Positions 47,425-57,996 of a DNA stretch of 64,000 nucleotides are shown in pieces. The translations under genes were made by a program, and so were the position numbers. Origin of the DNA: Planctomycetia bacterium (GTDB lineage: Bacteria > Planctomycetota > Planctomycetia > Gemmatales > Gemmataceae). The notes under the pieces are model-generated. The model was not told the DNA's origin. It worked only from the letters and a program-made list of their open reading frames with translations, and ran no database searches. The stretch lies in NCBI GenBank assembly GCA_005786805.1, contig SYCV01000057.1, positions 56,565-120,564 of the forward strand, in the 5' to 3' direction. Position 1 is the stretch's first letter; every line of letters starts with the position of its first letter.

Positions 47425-48786
47425 ATGCTTTCTTCAAAACGCATTGATGAATCGCCCAGGGATTTCTGGTATGGTTTAATCAATTTTGAGCACCGTCAAC
47501 CCACCCCTGATGATTTTAAACTTGACCGGATGCGAAGGTTGTTGGACCTTCTGGGTAACCCGGAAAAAAACCTAAAGTTCATTCATGTTGCGGGAAGTAA
47601 GGGCAAAGGTTCCACATCTGCAATGCTTGCCTCGATACTTTCCCGCCAGGGATTTCGCACCGGGCTTTATACCTCCCCTCATTTGATTCATGTGGAAGAG
47701 CGATTCAAGATCGATGGTGAAAATATATCTCCCGAAGAACTTGATCTGGTTCTCGTTAAAATCAAGAACGCGATTAGCTTTCCGGATTGCGGGGCATTGA
47801 ATTTTGTTCCAACTTTTTTTGAAGTTGCAACCGTTGCAGCCTTCATTTATTTCCTTGAAAAAAAAGTTGAAATCGCCATTCTTGAAGTGGGTTTGGGTGG
47901 TCGCTTGGATTCCACAAATGTCTGCAATCCATTGCTTTCGATAATCACCTCGATAAGTTTTGATCATGAGAAACAATTGGGGCCAACCCTTGGGCATATT
48001 GCCAGGGAAAAAGCGGGGATAATCAAGCATAAGGTGCCAGTTATCAGCGGTGTTGAAGGCGCTGAACCTGAAAAAGTGATTGAAGAAATCGCCCGAAATA
48101 TGGGCTCAAGGTTAATCAGGTCGAAAATTGATTTCAATTGGCATTATGTGCCCGCTGTTTTTAGCCAGGAGAGGATTACTATGCCAACTGTTCGGGTTTC
48201 AACCCGAAGCAGGAATTGGCCGGAAATGGAAATGGCCTTGGTTGGAGAGCACCAGGCTTCAAATGCTGCATTAGTGATAAATGCGGTGGAGCAATTGCGT
48301 TTGGTCGGGATTAATGTCTCGGATGAATCTGTGGCATGGGGTATGCGAAACACCAGTTGGCCCGCCAGAATGCAGGTCATGGGAAATAATCCATGGGTGG
48401 TGATTGATTGTGCGCACAATCGAGCATCAGCAGCGGCATTGGTTCGAACCTTATTGGAGAGTTTTCCAAATGTGCCCAGAGTATTGTTGTTTGGTGCCAG
48501 TTCCGACAAGGATATAGCGGGCATGTTCGCTGAGTTTTCTGGAATATTTTGCAAGGTTATCTTCGCACAATCGATAAACAGTCCACGAGCGTCAAAGCCG
48601 GAAGAGTTGACCGCCTTATGGGCCAAATCCTGTGATGTGGAATCATTTGCCGGGGAAACTTTAGAGGAAGCAGCAAGAAAAGCGGTTTTTTTGACACCGA
48701 AGACCGGTATTTTATGTGTCACCGGTTCTGTTTTTCTAGCCGGAGAAATCACCCCCATCCTTTCAAAACTAATATCAGTCCAATGA
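47425..48786 (+). CDS. folC: bifunctional folylpolyglutamate synthase / dihydrofolate synthase
   Basis: HVAGSKGKGST P-loop, TSPHL, EVGLGGRLDSTN, ITSISFDH, IAREKAGI, DCAHN. Confidence 0.92.
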   Translation: MLSSKRIDESPRDFWYGLINFEHRQPTPDDFKLDRMRRLLDLLGNPEKNLKFIHVAGSKGKGSTSAMLASILSRQGFRTGLYTSPHLIHVEERFKIDGENISPEELDLVLVKIKNAISFPDCGALNFVPTFFEVATVAAFIYFLEKKVEIAILEVGLGGRLDSTNVCNPLLSIITSISFDHEKQLGPTLGHIAREKAGIIKHKVPVISGVEGAEPEKVIEEIARNMGSRLIRSKIDFNWHYVPAVFSQERITMPTVRVSTRSRNWPEMEMALVGEHQASNAALVINAVEQLRLVGINVSDESVAWGMRNTSWPARMQVMGNNPWVVIDCAHNRASAAALVRTLLESFPNVPRVLLFGASSDKDIAGMFAEFSGIFCKVIFAQSINSPRASKPEELTALWAKSCDVESFAGETLEEAARKAVFLTPKTGILCVTGSVFLAGEITPILSKLISVQ

Positions 48787-48941
48787 TTGGTTGATAAGTG
48801 TCATTAATCCATAAAGGTTTTTAAATGGGATTAAATGACTCACAAATCAAGAAATAGTTAAAAACAAGGGGTGATTTTTGGTAGTATAATAATTCAGGTA
48901 GGATTAATTTGACAAATTTTTAGTTCGGGAGGATCTCGGAC

Positions 48942-50207
48942 ATGATGAGTTTATTCCGCGTGAAAATTTCTGCCATAATCATAATGGCGTTTGTTTCCTT
49001 GAACATATCGTTTGCAATGGCTGAGGATGATTTGTTGGCTCGCGCTCGCCAGCTCCGTGAAATCGCCATCCAGAAAAAAGAAAATGAAACCAAGATGGCC
49101 TTGAATGAGGCATTGCGTTTGTCAAAGATTTCCCTCACCAGGGCAGCGGAATATCTTAAACCAATCTTGGATGGTATTGAAAATGACGAACTTATTCCGG
49201 CAGAAAAACGAGATTCCTTGGCTAGGGTGGTTCGAGCGCAAATCAAGGTTTATGAAAAAAATGTAGGTGTTTCCTCAGCCAAGAGCATTGAAACTGCTCA
49301 ATCACAGGCCCAGATAAATGATAGGCTTGCCGAAATTGATCGCTCTGCAAGGGAAAATGAAAAGCTTTCAAGAAATCTTGATTCCATCAAGAATCTTAGG
49401 AGGGATGGCTTCACCGCTGAAGCCAACAGGAACTTTGAAGAGCTAGCGAGGAAGTACCCCAATAATCCTGAGATTCAAGCCTATGGCAGGATGAATAAAT
49501 TCCAGGATAACATTAGCGCTGAAAGCAAGCTCCGTTCCACTCGATCGGAAATGATGCTCGCGTTGCAAAGGGACATACTAAAGGCGTCGATTCCTGTCAC
49601 TGGTGAGATGGTATTTCCCGATGATTGGGTGGAGAAGTCCAAGCGTCGAACATCCGGTTCGAAGCTCACTGAGGACGATCGAAAAATCATGAAAACAATG
49701 TCCTCACCATTGACATTCAGCCTTAAAAATGAACCCTTTCAATCGTTTCTAGATATCATGGAAAAACAATTTGGAAGTCCCCTGGTGATTGATCAGCAGG
49801 CGTTGCAGTTGCTAAATATCACCACTGAAACCCCGATTACGATTAATGCGCGAGGATGGAGCACCCGAACCATACTTAGAAAAGTATTATCTGATCTTGG
49901 TCTTTCTTATGTGATCAAGGACAAATCCATAAATATAACTACTCCGGATCGTGCCCGCGAAACCATGACGACAAGGGCGTATCCGATTGGTGATATCATT
50001 GGTAATATGAACATGAATCTTCCCAATACTTACAACCAATCCGCATTCATTCAAAATGTGCAGAATATCATCAATAGCATCATGGCATTGGATCCTAAAA
50101 GCTGGCAACCTGAAGGGGCGGGATCAATAGTTTTTGAACCCAGTACCATGTCATTGATAATCAGGCAGACTGCCGAGTTTCATTTCATGGTTGGATCGGG
50201 TCGTTAA
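48942..50207 (+). CDS. hypothetical secreted protein (coiled-coil N-half, beta-rich C-half)
   Basis: Signal peptide MMSLFRVKISAIIIMAFVSLNISFAMA. GGAGG upstream. The C-terminal region (FQSFLDIMEKQFGSPLVIDQQAL...LSYVIKDKSINITT) faintly recalls STN/secretin-N type modules. Confidence 0.6.
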   Translation: MMSLFRVKISAIIIMAFVSLNISFAMAEDDLLARARQLREIAIQKKENETKMALNEALRLSKISLTRAAEYLKPILDGIENDELIPAEKRDSLARVVRAQIKVYEKNVGVSSAKSIETAQSQAQINDRLAEIDRSARENEKLSRNLDSIKNLRRDGFTAEANRNFEELARKYPNNPEIQAYGRMNKFQDNISAESKLRSTRSEMMLALQRDILKASIPVTGEMVFPDDWVEKSKRRTSGSKLTEDDRKIMKTMSSPLTFSLKNEPFQSFLDIMEKQFGSPLVIDQQALQLLNITTETPITINARGWSTRTILRKVLSDLGLSYVIKDKSINITTPDRARETMTTRAYPIGDIIGNMNMNLPNTYNQSAFIQNVQNIINSIMALDPKSWQPEGAGSIVFEPSTMSLIIRQTAEFHFMVGSGR

Positions 50208-50227
50208 CTTTCAGGGTTTTGATCAAC

Positions 50228-50557
50228 ATGAGCGAGTTTTTCCCAAGCCCCAACGATTTGGCTAATCACAAGATATTTGATGGGGTTGTGATAACCACTT
50301 GTGCCGCGTCTCGCATGATGATGTCTTTGGTTAGGATGGAACCGAATTCTGAGGTCAAAGCCCATTCTCATCCACATGAGCAAATTGGCATGGTTCTAAA
50401 GGGAAGGGCCATTTTTAAAATTGGTGATGAAAAAAAAGAGCTTGCAGTTGGTGAATTTTACAGAATTCCCCCAGATGTGGTTCATCAGGTATGGGCTTTG
50501 GATGAAGGTGCGGAAGCACTTGATATATTCAGTCCTATCAGGGAGGATTATCTTTAA
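50228..50557 (+). CDS. cupin-2 domain protein
   Basis: KAHSHPHEQIGMVLKGRAIFKIGDEKKELAVGEFYRIPPDVVHQV is the classic two-motif cupin. Start at the ATG (Met4). Confidence 0.8.
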   Translation: MSEFFPSPNDLANHKIFDGVVITTCAASRMMMSLVRMEPNSEVKAHSHPHEQIGMVLKGRAIFKIGDEKKELAVGEFYRIPPDVVHQVWALDEGAEALDIFSPIREDYL

Positions 50558-51864
50558 GCTGCGAGTTTGCTGATTTCATTATTTATAACAAGTGGTTTAT
50601 TTTCCAAGTAAAGCTCCAGCCTTCTTAAAGCCTCATTTGACCTGCCCTCATCGACGCCAAAACTAACCCTGGCATAACCTTCCCCTGATGGGCCATTATA
50701 GATCCCGGGTTTTATCAACACCTTGTATTTTTGTTCCAATTGTTTGCAAAAATCCGTTGATGAGATTTCTTTTCGCCATACGGGTATCCAGATAAACAAA
50801 CCACCTGCTGGCCAATAAGGATCAAGTCCCAGGTTCGAAAGTTTTTGGAAATGGTGGTTCCGGCTTTCCTTCAAACGATTGATGAACATTTGCCATTCTT
50901 TTGATTCCGGTTTGTTAAAAGAATCAATTAAAATCTGTTGGCCAATCAAGCTGATGTTTTCGTTTCGCATTCTTGATAATAACTTGCATGGGGCAATCAA
51001 GTTCTCATTACCTGTCAACCATCCCACATTCGCTGCGGAGATCCCATGACTTATACTCAGGCTTCCCGTGCTAAGGGACACTTTCCTGATTTCATCGAGA
51101 TTACCCGGATGAATCGGAGTTCCATCAAGCTGCAATCCCAACAACGAATTGTCCCAAAGCAAAATACAATTGTTTTTCAGGGCATAACTGCCGATTTTTT
51201 TGAAAGTTTCCTGTTCAAACACACCTCCAGTCGGGTTTGATGGGCATGAAAAAATCGCAACCCTGCTCGATCGTAATCGTTTTTTTAATTCGAGTTCGGA
51301 AAGCAAGAGTTTTCCATCTTCCTGGCGAAGCGTGATCCAGATTGGATTTGCCCCATGGTTTCTCACCAACAATTCGTGGTCGGGAGGGCAGGGGTCGGGT
51401 AGCAAAACATTCTCACCGGGATTCACAAAACTATCCAGCACAGTTTTTATTCCATGGTTGATTCCGTTTGTGATCAATAATTCACTGGTTGGATCAAAGA
51501 AAGCTCCGTATTCATGCTCAAGGTAATTCGAGACTGCTTCCCTGGTCTCCGATAATCCACCCGGAGGAGAAAAATCTTTGACGGCTAAAGTTCTGGGTAA
51601 TACATGAACCGGCATGCCGAGTCCTTGGATATAATCAGATGACAAGTCGAGAAAATCTGGTGATGGTGGCGCCGGCGTCAGACTAGGATTGACCAGAGAT
51701 TCAAAATCACCGTGTAATATGGTGTCACTGCAGGCGCCAAGAATATCATTTGGCGAGACAAAAAGATTTGAAGCTCCAGGGATCCATTTGCCCAAGCCTG
51801 ACTCAGCAAGCATTTTCTTCAACCAGAAAGGATATTTCACAGTTTTTACCTTTTTAAAAAACAA
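50554..51864 (-). CDS. class I/II aminotransferase-fold protein, apparently lacking the PLP-binding lysine
   Basis: LLITNGINHGI, VLLPDPCPP and SCPSNPTGGVF fit the fold type I aminotransferases. The S-x-S-K region reads GSLSISHGISAANVGW, with no Lys. Start uncertain (TTG at 51864; the next ATG is at 51813). Confidence 0.7.
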   Translation of the reverse strand: MFFKKVKTVKYPFWLKKMLAESGLGKWIPGASNLFVSPNDILGACSDTILHGDFESLVNPSLTPAPPSPDFLDLSSDYIQGLGMPVHVLPRTLAVKDFSPPGGLSETREAVSNYLEHEYGAFFDPTSELLITNGINHGIKTVLDSFVNPGENVLLPDPCPPDHELLVRNHGANPIWITLRQEDGKLLLSELELKKRLRSSRVAIFSCPSNPTGGVFEQETFKKIGSYALKNNCILLWDNSLLGLQLDGTPIHPGNLDEIRKVSLSTGSLSISHGISAANVGWLTGNENLIAPCKLLSRMRNENISLIGQQILIDSFNKPESKEWQMFINRLKESRNHHFQKLSNLGLDPYWPAGGLFIWIPVWRKEISSTDFCKQLEQKYKVLIKPGIYNGPSGEGYARVSFGVDEGRSNEALRRLELYLENKPLVINNEISKLAA

Positions 51865-52001
51865 TATTCATGGATCGCTGTATCCATCATTCTAATTTGT
51901 GAAAAGACCAGTTTATTCAAAATGCATCTAAAACAAGGCAGGGAGGTAAGATTGGGAAAATGGGTTGATGGGTTTGGTTTGGGTGATGTACCCGAAATAG
52001 G

Positions 52002-55000
52002 TCATGCTGCAGGGTCACCTTTTTTTTCATCTGCAGGCCAATCTTGAAATCGAATTGCCATTCTTCTCGATACTCCGGATTCCTGCATGGTGATTCCGTA
52101 TAAAACATCAGCGCAGGCCATGGTGCGTTTGGAATGGGTTATAAGTATGAACTGGCTTTTGTCCATGAAATCCCGCAAAACATTTGTGAAACGGTTGACA
52201 TTCGCCTCATCAAGCGCGGCATCCACTTCGTCGAGAAGACAAAAAGGGCTGGGCTTATTTCGAAATATTGCGAGTAATAATGCGACAGCAGTCATTGTTT
52301 TTTCACCACCACTCATAAGGGAAATACTACGCAATTCTTTTCCCGGAGGTTTTGCCTTTATCTCGATTCCGCATTCCAACACATCCTGCTCATCCTCAAG
52401 GATGACATCTGCCATGCCACCCCCGAAAAGTTTCCTGAACAAGTCTTGAAAATGTGACCGTACATTTTGAAAAGTTTCAATGAATAACGACCGACTGTCC
52501 GCGTTAATTTTACTGATGATCTCTTCAAGGGCTTTTTTCCCCGCCACCAGGTCGTCATATTGTATTTTCAGGCTTGAATGCCTGAATTCCAAATTTGTGA
52601 GTTCCTCGATGGATTCAATGTTCACATTTCCAAGTTTGTGGATTTTGTTTCGTAGTTCCGTGATTTCATCAGCGATCACAGTCGTTTCAATGTGGGCTAT
52701 TTCAGAATCCGGAGTGTTGTTTTCCGCTGAGGATTTTCGTTGGGTGTAAAGTTCACCAAGGTTGATCTCGTAATCCTCCTTCATTCGCTCGCACAATGAG
52801 TCTCGCCTGACTTGAAGATCATTCACCGCTAATTCGCGGCCGTGCACCAATTCCTGTTTGTTTCTCCAAGCGGTTCGGTCGGAGTACGCTTTTGATGAGA
52901 GGCTCTCTTTTTCCCTAACAGCTTCAGATTTTTCAATGCCAAGAGCGCGGGCCTTTAGTTCCGACTGTTCCTTGTTTAAATACCACAAGGCTAGTTTTGA
53001 GGTGACATTTAAAATCGAAAGATTCAGGGCATCATTCCGAGATTTGATCTCGTCGATTTGTCCAAATGTCCTTGATTGTTCAATTTTCCTTGCGGAGAAT
53101 TCATCGCTTGCGGTATTGAATCTGGTTTTCAAGGCGTCCGCGCGTTCCTTGGCTTGGGCGAATGATATCCTGGCAGCGGTTGTTTTTTCAGTCCTTGCGC
53201 GCCGTTGCATCTCTATGTCCCTAAGTCGTTCCTCCCCGGCTTTTACATTCTCCTCCATTTTCTGGCATGTTTCCTCAAGTTCCTCGGTCTGCTTTTTTAA
53301 TGTGTCAAGTTCCCGGGTTTCCTTTTCAGTGTAATCGTCCAAGTTTCTTAATTCATTGCCACTAACTTTTAATTCCTCATCCATGCCGTCTTTGCGTTGT
53401 CTTTGTCGTTCAATCCGGGCTCTTAGATCACTTGATTGCTCGGAGAGAATATCGATGTCTCGTCTTTGGTTTTCAATCCTTGTGTCTGCTAAGGAGATTG
53501 AATTTTTTGTTTCATCAAGGCTGCTTTGTGCCTGTGTTATTTTTTCATCAATTTGCACAAGGTTGTTCTTTAGTTCCCTCAACTCGGCTTTTCTGGAAAG
53601 TATGCCTGTTTCAGCATGATGAGTGCCTATGGTAAGGGTTCCGTCAGGTTCAAGAATCTCTCCCAGAAGTGTGATAACCCTGATTGATGGATATGTTGCC
53701 GACATTGTCCTGGCAAATTCTATGGTCTTCACAATGAGAGTTTTATTTAGAAGAAGTCGGGGTAGGTTTGCAAATTCAGGATTGGTGCATTTGATGAATT
53801 GATGAGCCCACCCAACGATTTCAGGATGGTTTTCAACCGTTATCTGCGGTTCAAAAGAAGATTGGTTAGATTGATCATCATCCTGCAACAGGCCTTGGAA
53901 TGAGACCCTGCTGGAAAAAGCATCTGGATGTGAAGCCAGGGCTTTTATCAGTGACTCTTGATCCCTAACGAGGATTCTTTGGGATTTTTCACCCAATGCA
54001 AGGTCTATAAGGGCTGCGAACTCACTGGAAACTTCTAGAAAATCCGCAACCACCCCCAGAACGGTGTCCCATGATGTTGGCGAGTCCGACACCTTGCTAA
54101 GCTCGATTATTTCCTTGAGTCCAACCCCGAATCCCTCCAAGCTTTTTTCAAGGCCCTCGAGAACTTCCAATCGACTGACAGTGCCGCTACGGTTTGCCTG
54201 CAAGCCTGAAAGTTCACTTGTGAATTGATCACGAGCCGATTCCAATGCCTCTTTTTCCCTCCCTAGGTCAAGAAGGGTTGTTTTGGCTGCGGCAAGCCTG
54301 ATTTGTAGTATTTCATCAGCGATGGTCAACTCACCAAGTTCAGCATCAAGCACGGCGAGGACACCCACTGTATTTTCGTTTCGCTGTCTTAGGCGCTCCG
54401 ATTCACGATGATAAGACTCTAGCTTTGCCCTGGACCCCGTAAGGGCGTTTTGAAGCCGCGCAAGCATGCGCATGTTTTCGAGGTGGACTTCCTTGGATTT
54501 AAGGACGGTGATTCGGAGTGCGTTATCTTCCTCGGAAGCTTCCTTTTCAGCATTTTCAAGAGTTTCTACAATTTCTTTTGAAATGGTGCAATTTGATTCT
54601 GCAAGTTCGGCTTCCTGCCTGAGTGAATCAAGTTGTGATTCTAGGAGGGCTAATCTTTTATTATGCTCGATCAGTGCCCGTCGCAATTGCAACAGGTCCC
54701 GCTCTGAGGTTTCTAGTGATTCCCTGTCGCTTTTTTTAGATGATTCCCCAACAGCGATATTTTGCCTTGCCTCTGAGACCAAAAGATCGGTGCTTCGTAT
54801 TTGCTCATCGAGTTGATTTACAAAAGTTTCCTTTTCTCGAGCTTTTTTTTCAAGTTCATCAGTGTTAGATAACCCGATTTCCAAATCGCTCTTAAGTGAG
54901 GATAATTTCACATACTCTGATTCAAGGTTTTCAGAAAGCTGGGAGTATTCCTGCAAGCCAAGGTTCAATCGAAGTTCCTTGAGCCTTCCGGAATATTCCT

Positions 55001-55643
55001 GCCATTTCTGCGCCTTTGTCGCCTGTAATCTTACGGTCTTCAATTGTCTTTCCACTTCCTCAAGGATATCCTTGAGGCGTTCGACATTCTGGTCGACACG
55101 CTCCAGCCGCCGTAATGATTCAAGTTTTTTGATTTTAAAACGACTGATGCCAGCGGCTTCATCAAAAATTACTCTTCGGTCCTTGGGGGAGGACTGTAAA
55201 AGACCATCTACTTTTCCCTGCTCAATGATGCAGTAGGCGTCTGACCCCGCCCCACTGCCCATGAAAAGATCCTTGATATCCTTCAGCCTGCAGACTTTTT
55301 TGTTGATGAGGTATTCACTGTCACCATTCCGGTGAACTCTTCGGGTGACTTGTACTTCCGTGCTGTCAGTTTGAAAAATCTTCCTGGAATTTTCAAACAG
55401 GAGTGAGACTTCAGCGAAGCCGTTTGCTTTTCTTGAGGCGGAACCATTGAAAATAACATCAGTCATTTCTCCGCCGCGGAGACTACGGGCGCTTTGCTCA
55501 CCCAGGACCCATCGAAAGGCATCAACAATATTACTTTTTCCGGAACCATTTGGCCCAACAATGGCGGTGATACCCAAGGGGAATTCAAAGTCTGTTTTAT
55601 CGGCAAAAGATTTGAAGCCGATTAATTCCAAACTCTTAAGCAT
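52002..55643 (-). CDS. smc: chromosome segregation protein SMC
   Basis: [17 protein letters not shown], Walker [10 protein letters not shown], long coiled coils, hinge (GVVADFLEV...), signature [10 protein letters not shown], Walker [13 protein letters not shown]. Confidence 0.96.
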   Translation of the reverse strand: MLKSLELIGFKSFADKTDFEFPLGITAIVGPNGSGKSNIVDAFRWVLGEQSARSLRGGEMTDVIFNGSASRKANGFAEVSLLFENSRKIFQTDSTEVQVTRRVHRNGDSEYLINKKVCRLKDIKDLFMGSGAGSDAYCIIEQGKVDGLLQSSPKDRRVIFDEAAGISRFKIKKLESLRRLERVDQNVERLKDILEEVERQLKTVRLQATKAQKWQEYSGRLKELRLNLGLQEYSQLSENLESEYVKLSSLKSDLEIGLSNTDELEKKAREKETFVNQLDEQIRSTDLLVSEARQNIAVGESSKKSDRESLETSERDLLQLRRALIEHNKRLALLESQLDSLRQEAELAESNCTISKEIVETLENAEKEASEEDNALRITVLKSKEVHLENMRMLARLQNALTGSRAKLESYHRESERLRQRNENTVGVLAVLDAELGELTIADEILQIRLAAAKTTLLDLGREKEALESARDQFTSELSGLQANRSGTVSRLEVLEGLEKSLEGFGVGLKEIIELSKVSDSPTSWDTVLGVVADFLEVSSEFAALIDLALGEKSQRILVRDQESLIKALASHPDAFSSRVSFQGLLQDDDQSNQSSFEPQITVENHPEIVGWAHQFIKCTNPEFANLPRLLLNKTLIVKTIEFARTMSATYPSIRVITLLGEILEPDGTLTIGTHHAETGILSRKAELRELKNNLVQIDEKITQAQSSLDETKNSISLADTRIENQRRDIDILSEQSSDLRARIERQRQRKDGMDEELKVSGNELRNLDDYTEKETRELDTLKKQTEELEETCQKMEENVKAGEERLRDIEMQRRARTEKTTAARISFAQAKERADALKTRFNTASDEFSARKIEQSRTFGQIDEIKSRNDALNLSILNVTSKLALWYLNKEQSELKARALGIEKSEAVREKESLSSKAYSDRTAWRNKQELVHGRELAVNDLQVRRDSLCERMKEDYEINLGELYTQRKSSAENNTPDSEIAHIETTVIADEITELRNKIHKLGNVNIESIEELTNLEFRHSSLKIQYDDLVAGKKALEEIISKINADSRSLFIETFQNVRSHFQDLFRKLFGGGMADVILEDEQDVLECGIEIKAKPPGKELRSISLMSGGEKTMTAVALLLAIFRNKPSPFCLLDEVDAALDEANVNRFTNVLRDFMDKSQFILITHSKRTMACADVLYGITMQESGVSRRMAIRFQDWPADEKKGDPAA

Positions 55644-55706
55644 GCAGCATCCCGTTTAAATTATGGTCGGTGGGCAATTATTGCTCATGGTTTTCAAGGC
55701 ATTGGA

Positions 55707-57605
55707 TTAATTGTCCTGCCCGCTTTTCGATCGCTCAGCAGTCGCCTTCTCCTTGGATGCGGGCTTTTTATTCAATAAAGCCTCTTGGTCATCCGTACTG
55801 GAAAAAGACAGCGGTTTTATAGGGGCATATAAATTAGGTGTCGCGGAAGGGTCGGGTCTTGCATCCATTGCCAGACCAATATCTTCGCCTTTTCCTTTTT
55901 TCGACTTTCCTGCCCTAACCAAATCATACACTGAAATCGCCTGTGGCAGGGCATCATTTTTTACCCTGCAAGTAAGGGCCTGGGTGGTATCCGCCTGACG
56001 AAGCAACTCGGTTACATCGGGATAAAGTGCCCCCATGTCCGCGAGAGTTTGAAGTACTTCATTCACCGTCAGGCCGCATGCTTTTCTTGTAGTTTTGCCA
56101 CTTCTAAGTGGTATGCGGGAAATATTGCACTTCTCATCATCCATTCCGGAAGTCAGGGTGAATTCACCGGCTATCAGGGAAAATGGAGGTCTAAAACTTG
56201 GCTCTTTGCCAAATAGAACGATTTCCGGTCGTTTGCTGGTGGATATGTGAACCATCCCTGGAGTATCGGGTGAAACACGGTGTAGCCAGAATGATTCATT
56301 GAGAAATTCACCCTGTATGGTTTCGTTTTTCTCATCGAGTGCACGCAAAGCCCTGAATGCACCATATCTTGTTTCATCATCAGAACATGAATACAGAATT
56401 TCGCGTAATTTAACCTGGCAGATGGCTTCATCGAGTGATGCCATTGCTGTCAGTGAGAAAGCCCTAAGCATTGGTTGATCAATTACGGATCTGGCGAGTT
56501 CTTCCCCGCAGGACGGGCTACCCAGATAAGCAAGTGCTTCAGCGGAGCTGAATCTTATCAAGGGGTGTTCACTCTTCAGCCCGTTCTTCAAGGTGCTGAT
56601 GGATTCCTGGCCGAGTGCCTCAAGTCGCAAAGCCGCGGTCACGCATCTGCTCGGATCCAAAAGATCCTCATTAAGTTTTTTGATGTAATTGGCCCTTCCC
56701 TGGCCACCTTTTCCGGCATCATTTTCCCGGGTGGGAATGAGTCTTACCACCCTTAAAAACCTTGGATGATTTAGTTTGTATTGGGTCGGGACCCTCAAGG
56801 AAACGGAAATGTTGTTTTTAGTGCTCGCAATCACGGAGCCCGGGTCACCTTTGCTGATTTGAAAAGTTTCGTTGATCTGGTCGGAAATCATGCCTGAAAT
56901 TCTGGCGAATTGCTGGTCCTGGTTCAATACAAGATTGAAAGGCCAGTCGATCTGAGTTTTGCCACCACCCCAAATCCTGCCTGATTTGACCCTGCCTTCA
57001 TCGTCGACTCCGGCTTTTCCAAATCCAACCAGGAGAGGTCCTTCAGCCTTCGCGACAGGATGACCTCGTAAAGTCCCCTTAGGTCCGTTGTAAGTGGGGG
57101 AGAGATTTTTTGCGAAATCATAATTATAAAGGATACATTCCTTGAGATAGCCACCTTGAAGGCTGGTTGCCTTGCTGCGGGGCGGTAAAGTCACCTCGAT
57201 ATCCAATGCTTCCCCCTTGCGAGTACCTGGAGCTATGGATGCGGATACCAATACCAGGGCGACATCATTGCTTGCCATCATTTCCTTGATGTTGCGAACT
57301 CCCTGTTTGCGAAGATCATCTTCAAGCATGGTGCGATTTGCGTCATTTGTTGGAGCACCACCGGTGCCATCCAATCCCACAACCAACCCGATTCCGCCTA
57401 ATGGCAATGGATCGGCATTTCCTACGCCACAAAATTCTCCCAGAGTACGAACCCCGTAGCGATCACGCTCGGTCTCTTCCTCAGCAACTAATCTTGGAGT
57501 TTGATGCATGCATCCGGGCAGTAATGTCAGGACTGATAGAACCAATGCCATTGCTGTATGCAAAGGTTGTGCAGTTGATTTTTTCATAAGTTTTTTATTC
57601 CACAT
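55707..57605 (-). CDS. FlgI (flagellar P-ring)-like protein interrupted by a HEAT-repeat module; possible lipoprotein
   Basis: The signal peptide ends in LLPGC. FlgI-like N-part: LGGIGLVVGLDGTGG, NDVALVLVSASIAPGTRKGEALDIEVT, ATSLQGGYL, SGRIWGG, SVSLRVPTQY..NHPRFL. HEAT-like repeats: HPLIRFSSAEALAYLGSP, DDETRYGAFRALRALD. FlgI-like C-end: LTVNEVLQTLADMGALYPDVTELLRQADTTQAL. Start at the ATG (Met9). Confidence 0.7.
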   Translation of the reverse strand: MWNKKLMKKSTAQPLHTAMALVLSVLTLLPGCMHQTPRLVAEEETERDRYGVRTLGEFCGVGNADPLPLGGIGLVVGLDGTGGAPTNDANRTMLEDDLRKQGVRNIKEMMASNDVALVLVSASIAPGTRKGEALDIEVTLPPRSKATSLQGGYLKECILYNYDFAKNLSPTYNGPKGTLRGHPVAKAEGPLLVGFGKAGVDDEGRVKSGRIWGGGKTQIDWPFNLVLNQDQQFARISGMISDQINETFQISKGDPGSVIASTKNNISVSLRVPTQYKLNHPRFLRVVRLIPTRENDAGKGGQGRANYIKKLNEDLLDPSRCVTAALRLEALGQESISTLKNGLKSEHPLIRFSSAEALAYLGSPSCGEELARSVIDQPMLRAFSLTAMASLDEAICQVKLREILYSCSDDETRYGAFRALRALDEKNETIQGEFLNESFWLHRVSPDTPGMVHISTSKRPEIVLFGKEPSFRPPFSLIAGEFTLTSGMDDEKCNISRIPLRSGKTTRKACGLTVNEVLQTLADMGALYPDVTELLRQADTTQALTCRVKNDALPQAISVYDLVRAGKSKKGKGEDIGLAMDARPDPSATPNLYAPIKPLSFSSTDDQEALLNKKPASKEKATAERSKSGQDN

Positions 57606-57996
57606 GATTAACCTTCTCGATCTTATCAAATCACTTGGAATTAATATTCCATTGGTTTAATAGTCCAAAATCTATCTCAAGAATTTGGGAACAATAACCA
57701 TTCAAGGAATTGAGTCAAGGCGAGAAGAGATGGTAAATCCCTGTAAATCTCAACCAGATGGCTAAAATAGGAAAGCAGGGTGCCCTTAAGATTGTGAATT
57801 TGAAGTTCTTCCTGGTTGGTTGGAAAATGAACAACTAATTCACTAATTTTGAAAAGTGATGCTCTTTTGAGGTAATTGGGGGTATGAAACCCTGATCTTA
57901 CACAAGCTTAAAGAAACGCAGGTTAAAACGCATATACCGGGATAGAAATCGTGATTTATTTTTATTTACGCCAAAAGCTGGTGATTGTTTGATTTT

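Noticed and set aside
47572-48758. 152-aa and 204-aa minus-strand ORFs
   Set aside because: They are antisense to folC, which has a P-loop and Mur-ligase motifs. There is no independent coding evidence for them.
52087-55236. Series of long plus-strand ORFs (up to 158 aa) inside the smc locus
   Set aside because: They lie antisense to a full-length, motif-complete SMC gene. Their Ser/Leu/Phe-rich translations are typical of the reverse frame of Glu/Lys/Leu-rich coiled-coil coding sequence, and they contain no motifs.
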